Shown piece after piece: positions 9,378-20,826 of a stretch of DNA of 64,000 nucleotides (the stretch's first letter is position 1; every line of letters begins with the position of its first letter). The position numbers were made by a program, and so were the translations under genes. The notes under the pieces were generated by a model, which did no database searches, had not been told where the DNA came from, and saw only the letters and a list, made by a program, of their open reading frames with translations. Source of the stretch: Rebecca billardiae RCC1528 (Eukaryota; Protista; Haptophyta); NCBI GenBank assembly GCA_965240325.2, contig OZ251229.1, positions 2,480,001 to 2,544,000 of the forward strand. The letters are read 5' to 3'.

Positions 9378-12300
9378 CGCGGCGAAGGCAGCGGCGGCGG
9401 CGGCGGCGGCGAAGGCGCCGAGCCGGGCGAGGACGGCGGCGCCCGCGGCGCGCGCGGCTTCGTGGTCACGGACACGGCGCGGCTCGGCTCGCTCGGCACG
9501 CTCACGCTCGCCGCAGCCGGCTCCCGCCTCGTGCACCCGACGCACGTCATGCCGCCGGGCGCGGGCGCGCGTGCCGCGCTCCGCGCCGCGGCCGCGTCGA
9601 CGCTCGTGCTGGACGACGGCTCGTCGGCGCACTCGCCCGCGCCGCTGCTGCTGCCGGACGGCTCGGTGCTCGGCGCGCCGGGCGGCGCGCGCGCGCGCGA
9701 GGGCGGCGCGCGCGTCGGCCGCGTGCGCGCGGGCGACGCCGTCCGCGGCGAGGGCCCCCTCCTCCACCTCTTCGACGTCGCGAGCGCCTACGGCGTGAGC
9801 GGGCCTGCGTGGCGCGTGCACGGCGGGCACGTGCGCGGCGTGGACGGCGCCGGCACGCCCGTGCCGTCGGCGATGCGGCTGGAGGCGGCGGCGGCGCGCC
9901 CGGCTGCGCCGGCGCTCGCGTGCGAGCGCGAGTCCGACGTGCGCATCGCCTCCGTGCACGCCGGCCGCTTCTTCCTCACGCCGCAGCCGCGCGGCGCGGG
10001 CGGCGCGGGCGGCTCGGCCGCGGTGTGCGGCCCTGCGTGCGCGCGCGGCGCGTGCGCGCCGGGCGGCGCGCGCGCGCCGTGCGAGGGCTGGCGCGCGGAG
10101 TACGCGCCGGAGCGCTACACGCCCGCGGAGACGTGCGCGTGCGCGCCTGACGCGTGCACGGGGCTCTGCGCGGCGTACCCGCTCTCCGAGCTGCAGCGCC
10201 AGGCCGCCAAGCTCGGCGCGGGCCTGCGCGCGCTCCGGCCGCAGCTGCTGCTGCTGCAGGGTGTTGAGAACGATCGGACGGCGGAGGCGGCGGCGGCGCT
10301 CGGCGCGGAGCTGGGCGGGCTGGGCAGCTTCGCGCTCGCGCGGCCGCGGCCGGTGCTCGCGGACGCCGACGCCCCCACCGGCGCGGCGCACGCCTCGCGC
10401 GTCGCCCTGCTGTACGACAACTCGACGCTCGAGCTGCTCGGGAGTCCTGCGGTGCTTGAGGACGGTTGGGCTCGCGGGGCGAGCGGCGAGGGCGCGGCGC
10501 GGCTCGGCTGCGACGGGCTCGGCGGCGAGGAGGGCGGCGCGGCACGCAGCGTGTTCACCGCGTCGCAGCCCGTGCTCGCCGCCACCTTCGCCGCGCGCGC
10601 CACCGGCGAGCGCCTCACCGTCGCGAGCCTGGAGCTGGCCGGGCGCGCGCCGTCGGCCGAGCTGCGCGACGGCTGCTCGTGCCAGCCGGAGGAGGGCGCG
10701 CGCGGCGGCTCGGACGACGACGACGGGGCGGGCGGCGCGGCGGCGGGGCTCGGCGCGAACGGCACGCGCGGCGCGGGCGGCGCGGGCGACCCGCCGCCGT
10801 GCGCGCTGCGCGGCGCGCCGTGCGCCGAGTGCGACGCCGGCGACGGCCAGGGCGCGTGGGCGGGCGCGCGCGCGGCCGCGGTGCGCGCGCTCCTCGCGTG
10901 GCTGGAGTCGGAGCCGACCGGCGCGCGCGCCGCGCGCGTGCTGCTCGCGGGCGAGTGGGGCGCGCACGCCTTCGAGCCGCCGCTCGGGCTCGCGCAGGCC
11001 GCGGGCTTCGAGCGCCTCGAGCCCGAGCCCGCGCTCGACCCGCTCCGCCACTCGAGCTCCGAGCGCGGGCTGTGGGGCGCGACGATTCACGCGCTCGGCT
11101 CGCGCGCGCTCGCCGACGCGGTGGGCGGCCGCGTCGCGCGCTGGCACTGCAACGCGGACGAGCCGGCGGCGCTGCGGTACGGCATGTCGGGCAAGGCGTC
11201 GGGCGCGCTGCCCGACGCCGCCGCCTCCTGGTGGGCCGCGCCGCACTTCGCCACGGACGCCGACCTCCTCCTCCCGGAGACGCCCGCCGAGGGCGCGCCG
11301 CGCGCCGCGGTCGCGTTCTCACAGTGGGCCTCGCTCTACGACGAGTCGGCGTACGCGTTCGCGCCGACGGACCCGCTGGTGCTGTGCGCCGACCTGGGCG
11401 TGTCCGACGCGCCGCGCGCGCCGCCCGCGCCGCCGCCCGGCCCGCCGCCCGGCCCGCCGCCCACGCCGCCGCCGGGCGCGCCGCCCGCGCCGCCGCCGCC
11501 GCCGACCGAGATCGCCGCGCCGCCGTCCATCAACGCGCGCGCGCCGGGCGAGCTCGCGGTGGTCGCGCTCAACTCGGGGGCGGAGGCGTCGGCCGTGGTG
11601 CTGCTCGCGCTCGCGGACATCGGCGCGAACACCACCTACTTCCTCACCGACAACGGGTACAGGCTGCCCGGCGCGTGGCGCACCGGCGAGGGCGTGGCCG
11701 AGTGGACGCCCGACGCGGCCGCGCGCGCCGGCACCGTGCACCTCGTGCCGCTCGCAGACTCGGGCGTGCATCTCTCGGCGGAGGGCGACGAGCTGTATGT
11801 GTACCGCGGCGCGGCCGAGCGCCCCGCGTTCGTCTTCGCCGTGCGCACGCGCGCCGACGCCTTCGACGCGGGCGCGACCGACACGCACACGGGCGCGCTG
11901 CCGCCCACGCTCGAGCTGGGGAGCACCGCGCTCGCGCTCGGCGCGGGCGCGTGCTGCGGCGCGTACGACGCGGCGGCGCACGGGCTCGAGGGCACGCCGG
12001 CGCAGCTGCTCGCGCGCATCGCGAACGCGTCGCTCTGGACCACCGCCGACGCGCCGCTCAACCTCACCGACGCGCTGCGCGCGCGGTACACCGTGCACGG
12101 CGCGCGCCGCGCCAAGAACGTGACGCTGACCGCCGTGGCGTGCGGCGGCCTGCTCACGCTCACGGCGGCGGGCGTGTTCGTCGCGCGCACGCTGCGCCGG
12201 CGGCGCGTGCGCGGCAAGCTCCTGCGCCAGCCGCGCCGGCGCACGCGCTCGACGCGGCGCATGCTCGACGACAGCTCGTCCGTCCAGGAGTCGGACGACG

Positions 12301-12458
12301 ACGACCACCAGCATCATCAGCACCCGGCGCGCGGCGTCAACGGCCACTCGAGCATCGAGATGGTGCCCGTCGGCGAGCGCGCGGGCGCGCCCGAGGCGGA
12401 GCGCGCGGCGAGCACGCTGCCAGACGAGCGGCAGATGCTGCGCCGCGGCAGCTGCTGA
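6860..12458 (+). CDS. Membrane-anchored extracellular nuclease: endonuclease I (EndA/Bsn) + lamin-tail-like + OB + ExeM/NucH-type EEP + lamin-tail-like + TM; intron 7171-7306
   Basis: Signal peptide (VVLLLGLAAASRA). The GT..AG intron restores WDREHSWPRS. Also DLHALFPS, NAARGNKPY, RGDVARAQLYMAVRY, ERERN and QANRNPFVDHPEW. ExeM-like FEGMLVT, LVLDDG, DGQG and WHCNADEP. C-terminal TM helix followed by RRRR. Confidence 0.85.
9075..9377 (+). repeat. Two (GGC)n poly-Gly tracts (~9075-9137 and ~9309-9377) within the nuclease
   Basis: Two in-frame GGC runs of about 20 codons each. Confidence 0.95.
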
Positions 12459-12701
12459 CGGGCTAGGCCTCCGAGCGACCGGCTTGCTGACAGCGCAGAC
12501 GCCAGCCATCGTGCCGCGCGTTCCTTGCTCGTCCGGATTTGAACTTGCCGGCTGCCCGCCGCGCGCTCGCGAGCGCCGCTGCAGTCGGTTATCGAAGCCG
12601 TCACCTGCCGCGGTAGCAGTCAGCAGGGCGGCGACGCACAAGCAGCCGCTCCCTGCGCTCGCCCCGCTGCGCGCGGCGAGAGACCAGGGCCGCGTCGCAC
12701 C

Positions 12702-13727
12702 ATGTCGATCGAGCAGCGGTACACGTTCTTCACGCAGTGGTATGACCCCACCGCCGCGCTCACCCGCGTGTACCAGCTCGTGTACTACACCGACAACACG
12801 ATCGAGATCTTCGACATGAAGAACCGGAGGACGTTCCTCAAGCGGATGAAGTACCCGGACCTGAGCCTGCGCGACCTGTTCGTGGGCAACACGGTGACGG
12901 TGTACGCGCGGCAGCTCAAGGTCACCGAGTACGGCGACCGCTTCACCGCCGAGCGCTTCGCCGAGTCGTCCGAGACGGCGCTCGCGCTCGTGAAGCGCGA
13001 CGCGATGGTCGACCTGCCCGCGCTGCTCAAGACGTTCGCCAAGGCGGGGCTGATCCTCGCCGAGATGCGGCTGTGCGAGGTGCCGGCCGCGTGCCCCGGC
13101 CGCCTCCCCGAGCACGCCGCCGGCGCCGTCGCCGTCCTCCTCAAGGCCGCCGACGCGATCCAGACGGTCGGCCAGATCGCGGCCGTCTCGGACGGCGCGT
13201 TCGTCGCGCTCGGCAGCGCGGAGGAGGTGGGCGCGGCGGCGGAGATGCTCTTCGGCGAGCGCGCCTCGGCGCTCGCCGCGCCCGCGTGCGAGGACTCCAC
13301 GCTGCTCCTCGTCCGCCCGCACGCCGTCAAGGCCAACCTGCTCGGCCAGGTGCTCGAGATGGCGGCGGCGGGCGGCTTTGTGCTGCGCACGCTCTCGACC
13401 TTCACCCTCTCGCGCGCCAACGCGGAGGAGTTCCTCGAGGTGTACAAGGGGGTGGTGCCGGAGTACCGCGAGTACGTCGACGAGCTCACCTCGGGCACGT
13501 GCTTCGCCGCCGAGGTGACCTACGCGCCCGACCCACCGCAGTCCGTGCCGCACCTGCGCGCGCTCGCCGGCGCGGCCGACCCGGAGGTCGCGCGGCTGCT
13601 GCACCCGCACTCGGTGCGCGGGCTGCTCGCGCCGAGCAAGGTGAAGAACGTGGTGCACTGCACCGACCTGCCCGAGGACGGGCCGCTCGAGGTCGAGTAC
13701 TTCTTCAACATCCTCGCTGGCGCGTGA
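12702..13727 (+). CDS. NME7: Nucleoside diphosphate kinase 7 (DM10 + NDK), axonemal
   Basis: DM10 N-terminus (RYTFFTQWYDP...DNTIEIFDMKNRRTFLKR...DLFVG), AEEFLEVYKGVVPEY, GAADPEVAR and NVVHCTDLPEDGPLEVEYFF. Confidence 0.92.
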   Translation: MSIEQRYTFFTQWYDPTAALTRVYQLVYYTDNTIEIFDMKNRRTFLKRMKYPDLSLRDLFVGNTVTVYARQLKVTEYGDRFTAERFAESSETALALVKRDAMVDLPALLKTFAKAGLILAEMRLCEVPAACPGRLPEHAAGAVAVLLKAADAIQTVGQIAAVSDGAFVALGSAEEVGAAAEMLFGERASALAAPACEDSTLLLVRPHAVKANLLGQVLEMAAAGGFVLRTLSTFTLSRANAEEFLEVYKGVVPEYREYVDELTSGTCFAAEVTYAPDPPQSVPHLRALAGAADPEVARLLHPHSVRGLLAPSKVKNVVHCTDLPEDGPLEVEYFFNILAGA

Positions 13728-13945
13728 GCGCTCAGCGCAGTCAGCCGAACCGGCGCGCTGGGCACTGGCAATCATGCGCCCCGGACGGGTCACGAGCGAG
13801 CCTGGTGCCGGTGGCAGGCAACGAGTACGACTTCACCGTCACGACTGACGACAGTTGTGAGCTGAGCCCGCCTGCCGGCGGCGTGGCGGCCCTGGCCCTT
13901 GCGCAGCAGCATGCATCGCGGGCCGCCGCTGCCAGCGGATAAATA

Positions 13946-14015
13946 CTATAAGCTTGAGCCATCAGGCCGTTCGGTATATAATAATATATCCGTATAACGG
14001 CCTGGCTATCTTATA
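13946..14015. repeat. Imperfect foldback/palindrome in AT-rich spacer
   Basis: CTATAAG...CAGGCCGTT..CGGTATATA pairs with TATATCCG..AACGGCCTG...CTTATAG. Confidence 0.6.
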
Positions 14016-14146
14016 GTATCTGACCGCTGACGGGACTCGGAGAGTCCGGGACTCGGTCCGAACCCCATTCCCCATCAATGAGACTGATGAGTCAACCCGT
14101 CAACCAGTCAGTCGGTACTGATTTATGACGATTCTACTCCCCTGGC

Positions 14147-15863
14147 TAGGGGGGCCAAACCGCCCATTTAAAAATGAAAAGCAAAGTCGCGTCGCATTTT
14201 CGCTCCGCCCTCGGCCTTTTAGGGTGGCGCGGAGCCTTTTTCTCGGACCTCGCTCGAAAATCGAGCTCCGACGCCTTCGGGCGCTCAGAGCTCGGTTCCG
14301 CTCCAGCACGAGCGGCCGGAGGCAGTGGACCGCCGCGCGCTCGCGACCTTTGAGACGCCGAGATGGTCTCGGGTGCGCGCGCGCGTGACGCTGGTGGGCG
14401 CTACTGACCCGTGCCTTTGCGCCACCAGCGGCTCACCACCCGCTTCTTGGCCACCTCGCGCCGTGCGCGGCGCGCGTCGGCCGGCTTGAATTGGTGCGCT
14501 GCGTACGCCCGCTACGCTACCGCACGGTGTGGCGCATGATCAACTCGGACCAATGAGATCGATGCTCGGACCAATCGTCCATGTATGTCTGTGAATGCCC
14601 AGCTCGCCTAACCTGCCCTACTGCGCCGGAATCGCCGTCAGCAGACCGGCGCGAGCTCGCGCACAGCACCTCCGCGGAGCTCGCAACTGTCATGTTCCGC
14701 TTGTAGGGCCCGTGTTTGCACCTGCCGTGGCACTTGCGATGGTCAGTACGTTGGGTATGGGTCACGTGTGCCCTCTGATGGCGTCTGGGCGCCTCCCATT
14801 CGCCTCTCAGGACGTCGCGGACGTGCTCGCAGGCAGCGGTTGGCTCATTCGACAGGTCCGACGTGCACTCGACCGTGCCTGCAAGCGCGCCCCTGTGACG
14901 CTCATGCCTGCAGAAGCAGATGCAGATGGGCCCTCATGCACCCTGGTGCGCCCAAGACCGGCGGGAGCGTCAGAGACCGTCTCAATCTTGACACCTTGCA
15001 CACGCCGGCGCTTGCCGTTGGGCTCCGCGCAGCCAGCCAGGAGCGCCGAACAACGCCGGATCAGCCTCTGTAGGCCGAATATCCGCCCCTAAGCCCAGAA
15101 ATAGCGCGGAACAGGGTAGTGCGTACCTATGTGGACCAATCCCATCCAGCCTGGTTTGGTGCAGACACGCCAGCCACCGCCTGGAGCAGACGTTTGCTGC
15201 CGAATCGCATGCTCGGCACTGTGCCGCACTGCGACGACGACAGATTTGACCTGCCTCGTAGGTCTCGGCCAGGGAGCGGTGACGGTTGGCTCGAGTGACT
15301 TTAAACCGTGACTATGACCGAGAGCACTCCCGGGCTGAGGACGTGGGGCCGGTGCTTTGGGTCTAATATGTCTGCAATACGCCGTACGCGTGGCCGTATA
15401 CACAGTCTGAAAACGTATCTCGCAGCTCGAGATCAGATGAGGCTGTATTCATCAGCATGGCGCCTATATACACAGTGGGTATGTAACGATCGGTGGCTTC
15501 TAGGAAACTACATATTTGACAGCCTGCCAGTACACAGCCTATATCGCATGTTGGGACCTGCTGCTGCTGGGGACTCAGAACGATCTCGCTGAGATGCTCT
15601 AACAAAGTGAGGTCGACATGGTCTATATGTCACATATAGGACGACCGTTACATGCCGTTTCCAATAAGTTCAGGCTCATTCTAATAAGTAAATATGCTAG
15701 CCGTTACGCCCTATATTCAGGGTATGTGCACCTGATTTTTTTACATGGCCGGCCCAGACCCCTCCAGAGGGCAAATGATCCAGCCCGAAATCAGCTCTAA
15801 ACACTCGCTAGGACCCGCGCTCGTGGCTGTCAGTAACGCTACAGTGCCACTTTGGCCCCCCTA
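14147..15863. mobile_element. Non-autonomous hAT-like DNA transposon (1717 bp)
   Basis: Perfect 13-bp TIRs TAGGGGGGCCAAA (14147-14159) / TTTGGCCCCCCTA (15851-15863). 8-bp TSD CCCCTGGC (14139-14146) / CCCCTGCC (15864-15871), 7 of 8 matching. Interior is lower in GC with no recognisable transposase. Confidence 0.85.
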
Positions 15864-16286
15864 CCCCTGCCGCCGTCCGACTCCGCTCCTGCGATCTATT
15901 AAAAGTAGTATAAGTGCCGCACTTTATTTGTCTTTAAAGACTAAGTGACTCCGTCTCCGACGACGACGGCCCGCAGCCCCGGCGCTCCGAAGACCGAGAC
16001 GCTGGCTCCGCGCTGCCGCTGACGCTCCGGGAATTATGAGTCGGATCACTATATTGCTTGTAATAAAAAATAATTTCATTAATAATATTGTTGCTATTAT
16101 TCATTCACTGATAATTATGACACTGGCGGGCAATGCTGGCCGCGCCCGCGCCCGGCGGCGCCCGCGGGCCGCGGGCGCGGCGGCGGCGGGGGCCGGGCAC
16201 CGCGTTGGTCCGGGGCCCCGCAGAGCTGCGGGCTGATGCAACCTCGGGCACCTGCCGCTGCGACGATGGACAATGCCAGTATGGGG

Positions 16287-16998
16287 TTAGAGCCCCATCA
16301 CAACGGCTGCAGAGATCAGTGTGGGCCGCGCCGGCCTTCCCGCGGAAGGCTGCTTGCGCGCGCGGAGCCGCGCCGCCGGGTCGGCCGCATCGTGCCCGAA
16401 CAGATGCCCAAGGTCTGCGCTGCGCGCACCAGCTGCTTCTGGGGCGGGGCGCATGGCAATGTGTGGCAGCCTGCGAGGCATCACGCGCGAAGGTCTGCGG
16501 GGCGCGCCGCCGCGAAGAACGCCGAGCGTGTGCTCTAGCTCCTCGCGCTGCGCTCGAGATCGAGCGAGGTTGTGCTCCAGCTCATGGATGCGGTCGTAGT
16601 TTGCATCGAGCCTATTGGGTGTTGCGCACAGGGCGGAAAGGGCTTGATGAGAGGCGGTCGTGGCGCACGCGGACGCGTACGCGCGAATGCGTCACACGAA
16701 AGCTGGCGCACCTGGACCTCATCAAAGGTCGTGCGCGCTCCGCGTCCAGCCTCGCATCCTGCTCGCGATTCGACTTGGCTTGCGTGGGTGGTGCTGCCAC
16801 CACGATTGGAGGGAGGGGCGAGGGGGCGCCGACTGGTGGCGGTGGGGGCACCAACAGCGTCGCCTGCTCAGGCTGCTCAGCCCAGTGTGCGCGTCGCCCC
16901 TCAGTCGCCCGCCTTCTCGGCGGCGGTTGGCGTCCAGCGCCGAGCCTCGCCTGGGCCGTGGAGGCCGCCATGTCCACCGTTGCGGTTGAAAGCGTCAT
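16287..16998 (-). CDS. Hypothetical protein with a short coiled coil; intron 16612-16711
   Basis: A CAG|GTGCGC donor and TAG acceptor join ORF 16612-16998 in frame to RLDANYDRIHELEHNLARSRAQREELEHTL and on to ORF 16287-16484. Divergent from the RCC1 gene. Confidence 0.5.
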
Positions 16999-17261
16999 CG
17001 GCTCATCCGATGCGTTTCGTCGTCACAGTCCCCCACACTCGTTCGTCGTTACACGTCAGCGGCGAGCGCTTGCTCAGCAAGCGCTGGCTGCTGCCGAATC
17101 AGTCCGCGCTCGTTGGCTGCGACAAACCGTCATTTTCCGACAGTTTCTGGTGATGTCGATCCGGCGGCGGCGGCGACGATTGGTCGTCCTCATTTGAGCG
17201 CGCTTGCCGTGCAGCCGCCGCCGCCGTAGCACCTCCTCGCGCCGTCTCCGCGCCAATCCCG

Positions 17262-19118
17262 ATGCCCCCGGCACGCCTGATCTTCACCGTGCGCCGCGCG
17301 TTCGACGGCGACGACGGTACGCGCAAGTCCAAGGCCCTCCGCATCACGCTGCCCCAGTCGCCCAAGTGGGAGCAGGCGAGAGCGGCGCAGGTGCTCGACT
17401 TCATCCGCGAGCGACACGACGCGCTCGGTCTCGCGAGCCCGAGCACGCTGCACCTGAGGACGACGCGCGGGCCGATCGGCAACCACGAGCCGCTTCGTGT
17501 CCACGTGGCCGCAGGCGACGAGGTGGACATCCTCGACGGCGAAGCGCCGCCCACGCGCCGCTCGAACGTGTGGCTCTGGGGGTTAGGGCACACGCTGCAC
17601 CGCGTGCCGTCGCTCGCCGGCGCGGACGTGCGGAGCATCGCGCTGGGCAACTCGCACGCGGTGGTGCTGACGGGCGCCGGTCTCGTGCTCACGTGGGGCG
17701 GCAACGACTTCGGCCAGCTCGGCGACGGCACCGAGCGCGCGCGGCGCGCGCCCGCGCTCGTGGGCGCGCTCGCCTGCCAGCAGCTCAAGATCGTGTGCGC
17801 TGGCCCCAACATGACGGCGGCGGTGAGCACCGAGGGCGAGCTGTACACGTGGGGGCAGTACCAGCCGTCGAACCGGCCCACCCGCTTCGTGGACAGCTGG
17901 TGCAACGGCTTTGGCGCCACGCCGTGCGGCACGCGCGTGCTGCAGGTCGCGTGCGGCACCACGCACATGGGCGTGGTGGTGCTGGCGGCCGCGGACGGGC
18001 CGGCGGCCGCCGAGTCGGCGGCCGAGGAGGGCGCGCACGAGGTGTACCTGTGGGGGTACAACGAGCACGCGCAGTGCGGCCTCGGCGGCGTGCGCGAGCT
18101 CTTCGGCCTGCAGAAGCCCACGCACGCGCTCCAGCTGCCCGCGGAGCTCGGCCCGCCGGTCGCGCTCGCGTGCGGCGCCGCGCACTCCCTCGTCCTCACG
18201 CGCAGCGGCGCGCTCGTCGGCTGCGGCTCGAACGAGCACGGGCAGCTCGGGCTGCCGACGCGCACGACGCGCGTCGCGCCGACGCGCGTGCTGTGGGGCG
18301 ACGAGAGCGTCGCCGTCGCCGAGGTGCGCGCCGCGGGCCACGCCTCGCTCGTGCGCATGCGCGACGGGCGCGCGCTGCTGCTCGGGCAGTTGGAGGGGGG
18401 CGGCAGCTCGCTGCCCGGCGGCTCGCTGCCGCCGCAGGGGCCGGAGGGCGGCGGCGGCGGCGGCGAGGCGGGCGGCGGCGGCGGCGGTGCTGCCGCCGCC
18501 GACGCCGCCGACGACGGCGACGGCGTGCCCCAGCTCTCCTCCCCGCTCCTCGCCACGCGCGTGCCCGTCGGCGACGAGGTGCGGGCGATGGCGCTCAGCG
18601 CTGCGCACGCGCTGCTGCTCGACGGCGGCGGCGCGCACGGCGCGCCGCCGCCGGCGGCGCGCGCGCCGATGACGGGCTTCGGGTACAACCGGTACGCGCA
18701 GGCGAGCGCGACGCCGCTGCCCGCGGCGCCGGCGTTCCTCACGCCCGACGCCGCGGCGCGCATCGGCCACGACCACTTTGGCTGGGAGCACGTGCTCGCC
18801 ATCAGCTGCGGCGGCGGCCAGTCGGCCGTGCTGAGCGCGGAGCGCCACTCGCTGGCGGAGCTGTGTGAGGGCGTGCTGCTGCGCTGCCTCGGGCTCGACT
18901 CGTGCGCGACGCTGCTCGACGCGGCCGTGCGCACGCACTCGGCGCTGCTCGCGCGCGAGTGCGTCGCGTTCATCGAGCGGGTCGGCCGCGGCTGCGTCCT
19001 CGGCGCCAGCGTGCCGGCAGACGCCGACCTGGCGCACGCCGACGCGCGGCTCGTGCGGCTCATGGCGGAGGCGCGCGCGCTCTTCAGCGGAGCCGCCTCG
19101 GCCACGGGCTCGCAGTGA
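17262..19118 (+). CDS. RCC1-repeat protein with a possible N-terminal ubiquitin-like fold and C-terminal BACK-like helices
   Basis: Repeats IALGNSHAVVL..VLTWGGNDFGQLG, VACGTTH, LWGYNEHAQCGLG and LACGAAHSLVL..GSNEHGQLG. Tail LAELCEGVLLRCLGLDSCATLLDAA..LLARECVAFI. Confidence 0.85.
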   Translation: MPPARLIFTVRRAFDGDDGTRKSKALRITLPQSPKWEQARAAQVLDFIRERHDALGLASPSTLHLRTTRGPIGNHEPLRVHVAAGDEVDILDGEAPPTRRSNVWLWGLGHTLHRVPSLAGADVRSIALGNSHAVVLTGAGLVLTWGGNDFGQLGDGTERARRAPALVGALACQQLKIVCAGPNMTAAVSTEGELYTWGQYQPSNRPTRFVDSWCNGFGATPCGTRVLQVACGTTHMGVVVLAAADGPAAAESAAEEGAHEVYLWGYNEHAQCGLGGVRELFGLQKPTHALQLPAELGPPVALACGAAHSLVLTRSGALVGCGSNEHGQLGLPTRTTRVAPTRVLWGDESVAVAEVRAAGHASLVRMRDGRALLLGQLEGGGSSLPGGSLPPQGPEGGGGGGEAGGGGGGAAAADAADDGDGVPQLSSPLLATRVPVGDEVRAMALSAAHALLLDGGGAHGAPPPAARAPMTGFGYNRYAQASATPLPAAPAFLTPDAAARIGHDHFGWEHVLAISCGGGQSAVLSAERHSLAELCEGVLLRCLGLDSCATLLDAAVRTHSALLARECVAFIERVGRGCVLGASVPADADLAHADARLVRLMAEARALFSGAASATGSQ

Positions 19119-20042
19119 CTTGCACCTGGGTGTCCCTCGCAGCGCGTCGCGCGATCGCACGGCGTTGTTGGGGCGCGACGAGGAGGATGGATGGGTTCGA
19201 TTCATCACGCGCAGCGGTGAAGGCGACCGTTCGGTGCAGCGCCGCATCGTCGTCAACGGTGGCAGCGCATGAATCCAGCATCATGACTGCGCTAGTGCTA
19301 CTAGTACTACGTCTACGGCTACGCGCGGTGATCGCGCGCGCGCGGACAGCGCCTGCGCCGGCGGCTGATGCCGTGACTGGCTAAGTGGCTTCGGACGCCG
19401 TGAGCTGCGCGGGCTGTCGTATAGCTTTATAATTAACTGGCTTAAGCAGCTTTAAAAATACTTATATATATTATTAATTACTTATTATATTATTAATAGT
19501 CAGTTCAGGGGCGTTCCCCGCATTGGTCATACGCCAATAAATTGAACCACCTTCCTAAATCCTATTGCAACGAGCTTCCTTCATTAATCATTTTGAACTA
19601 TAGTATGATCTAATCCGCTACTGAGTACTGATCTAACTGATCCGGTCCGTCCGGATTCACTCACTCCGTCTCCGAAGACAGATCACGATGACAGTCTTTA
19701 AATGATGACGAACTATACCGACGAAGGTGCTGATGAATATGATGAGTAGGATATAGGACTCTGCTGACTCCGTGTCGTAACGTGACTGCTCTGCTGAGCC
19801 TGACACTGTCACTGACAGTGACTGCCAGTGGAGGGCCGCCCCACGAGGACTCGGCGACTGTCGTCAATCAGGCGCAGGCCGGGCGAGCCGTGAGGGGCGC
19901 AGGTGGCCAGCATGTCACAAGACGCGATGAAGATTGTGGGCGCGCGCGGCGCTAGCCGCCAGGATGGCGCGTATTGCTCCCTTCGCCCGCCCCCCCCCCC
20001 ACCGCGCCGCATCCGAGTGCGCGGCGCCGGTGGCCAGCTCGG

Positions 20043-20582
20043 TCAGAGCCCGTCGTCATCGACCGGCACGTTCTTGTACTTCCGGTCGTCTGTGAGGTTC
20101 TGGAAGACCTCGTTGGACGGCGAGGTCCATGCCGGCACCGTGCCGATCGATTCAGAGAGCCACGACATCAGCTCTGTCTGGTTCTTCTTGAGCACTGGCC
20201 GGCCGTCCCGCCACTCGCCCTCAAAGATCCGGCCCTCCGTGTCCGTCTTGATGCCCTTGCCGTGCATCTTGCCGTCCTTCCACTGCCCGACGTACTTGGA
20301 GCCGGTGCTCCATGTGTAGGTACCGAAGCCGTGGATGCGCCCATACGTCACCTCGCCGATGTATTTGTCGCCGATCTTCCACGTGTACACCCCAAGGCCT
20401 TGCATCCACCCAGACTCCCATTCGCCCTCGTACTGGTCGCCCGATGCAAACATGTGCGTGCCCCGCCCGTTCTTGAGCCCGTCGCGCCAGTCGCCTTGGT
20501 ACTTGGAGCCATCCGAGTAGACGCAGACGCCGGTGCCGTGCACCTTGCCGTCCTTGATTTGCCCCTCGAAGTAGCCCTCCAT
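20043..20582 (-). CDS. MORN-repeat protein
   Basis: About six YxGxWxxGxxHGxG repeats with 23-aa periodicity. Confidence 0.9.
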   Translation of the reverse strand: MEGYFEGQIKDGKVHGTGVCVYSDGSKYQGDWRDGLKNGRGTHMFASGDQYEGEWESGWMQGLGVYTWKIGDKYIGEVTYGRIHGFGTYTWSTGSKYVGQWKDGKMHGKGIKTDTEGRIFEGEWRDGRPVLKKNQTELMSWLSESIGTVPAWTSPSNEVFQNLTDDRKYKNVPVDDDGL

Positions 20583-20826
20583 CGGCGCCTACAACGCAGG
20601 CGGCCGCGCTGCTGCTGCTATTGGCGGCTTCGCAGGAAAGCCAGCAGAATGGAGCAGGATCCCGTGGAGAGATCCCGGCTATCCTGCTGCGCACCCCGGC
20701 AGCGTCGCGAACGATCCCCGGACTCCCGCTTGCGCAACCGCGTGGACCACCACGACTCCGCCGACTCGTGAGCAGCCGCGAGGTTCGGACGAGCCTGCTC
20801 GAGCGGCCGGCCACGAGCTCTCGCGC

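Noticed and set aside
14517-15948. Short ORFs as a hAT transposase
   Set aside because: No BED finger, DDE or hAT dimerisation motifs recognised.
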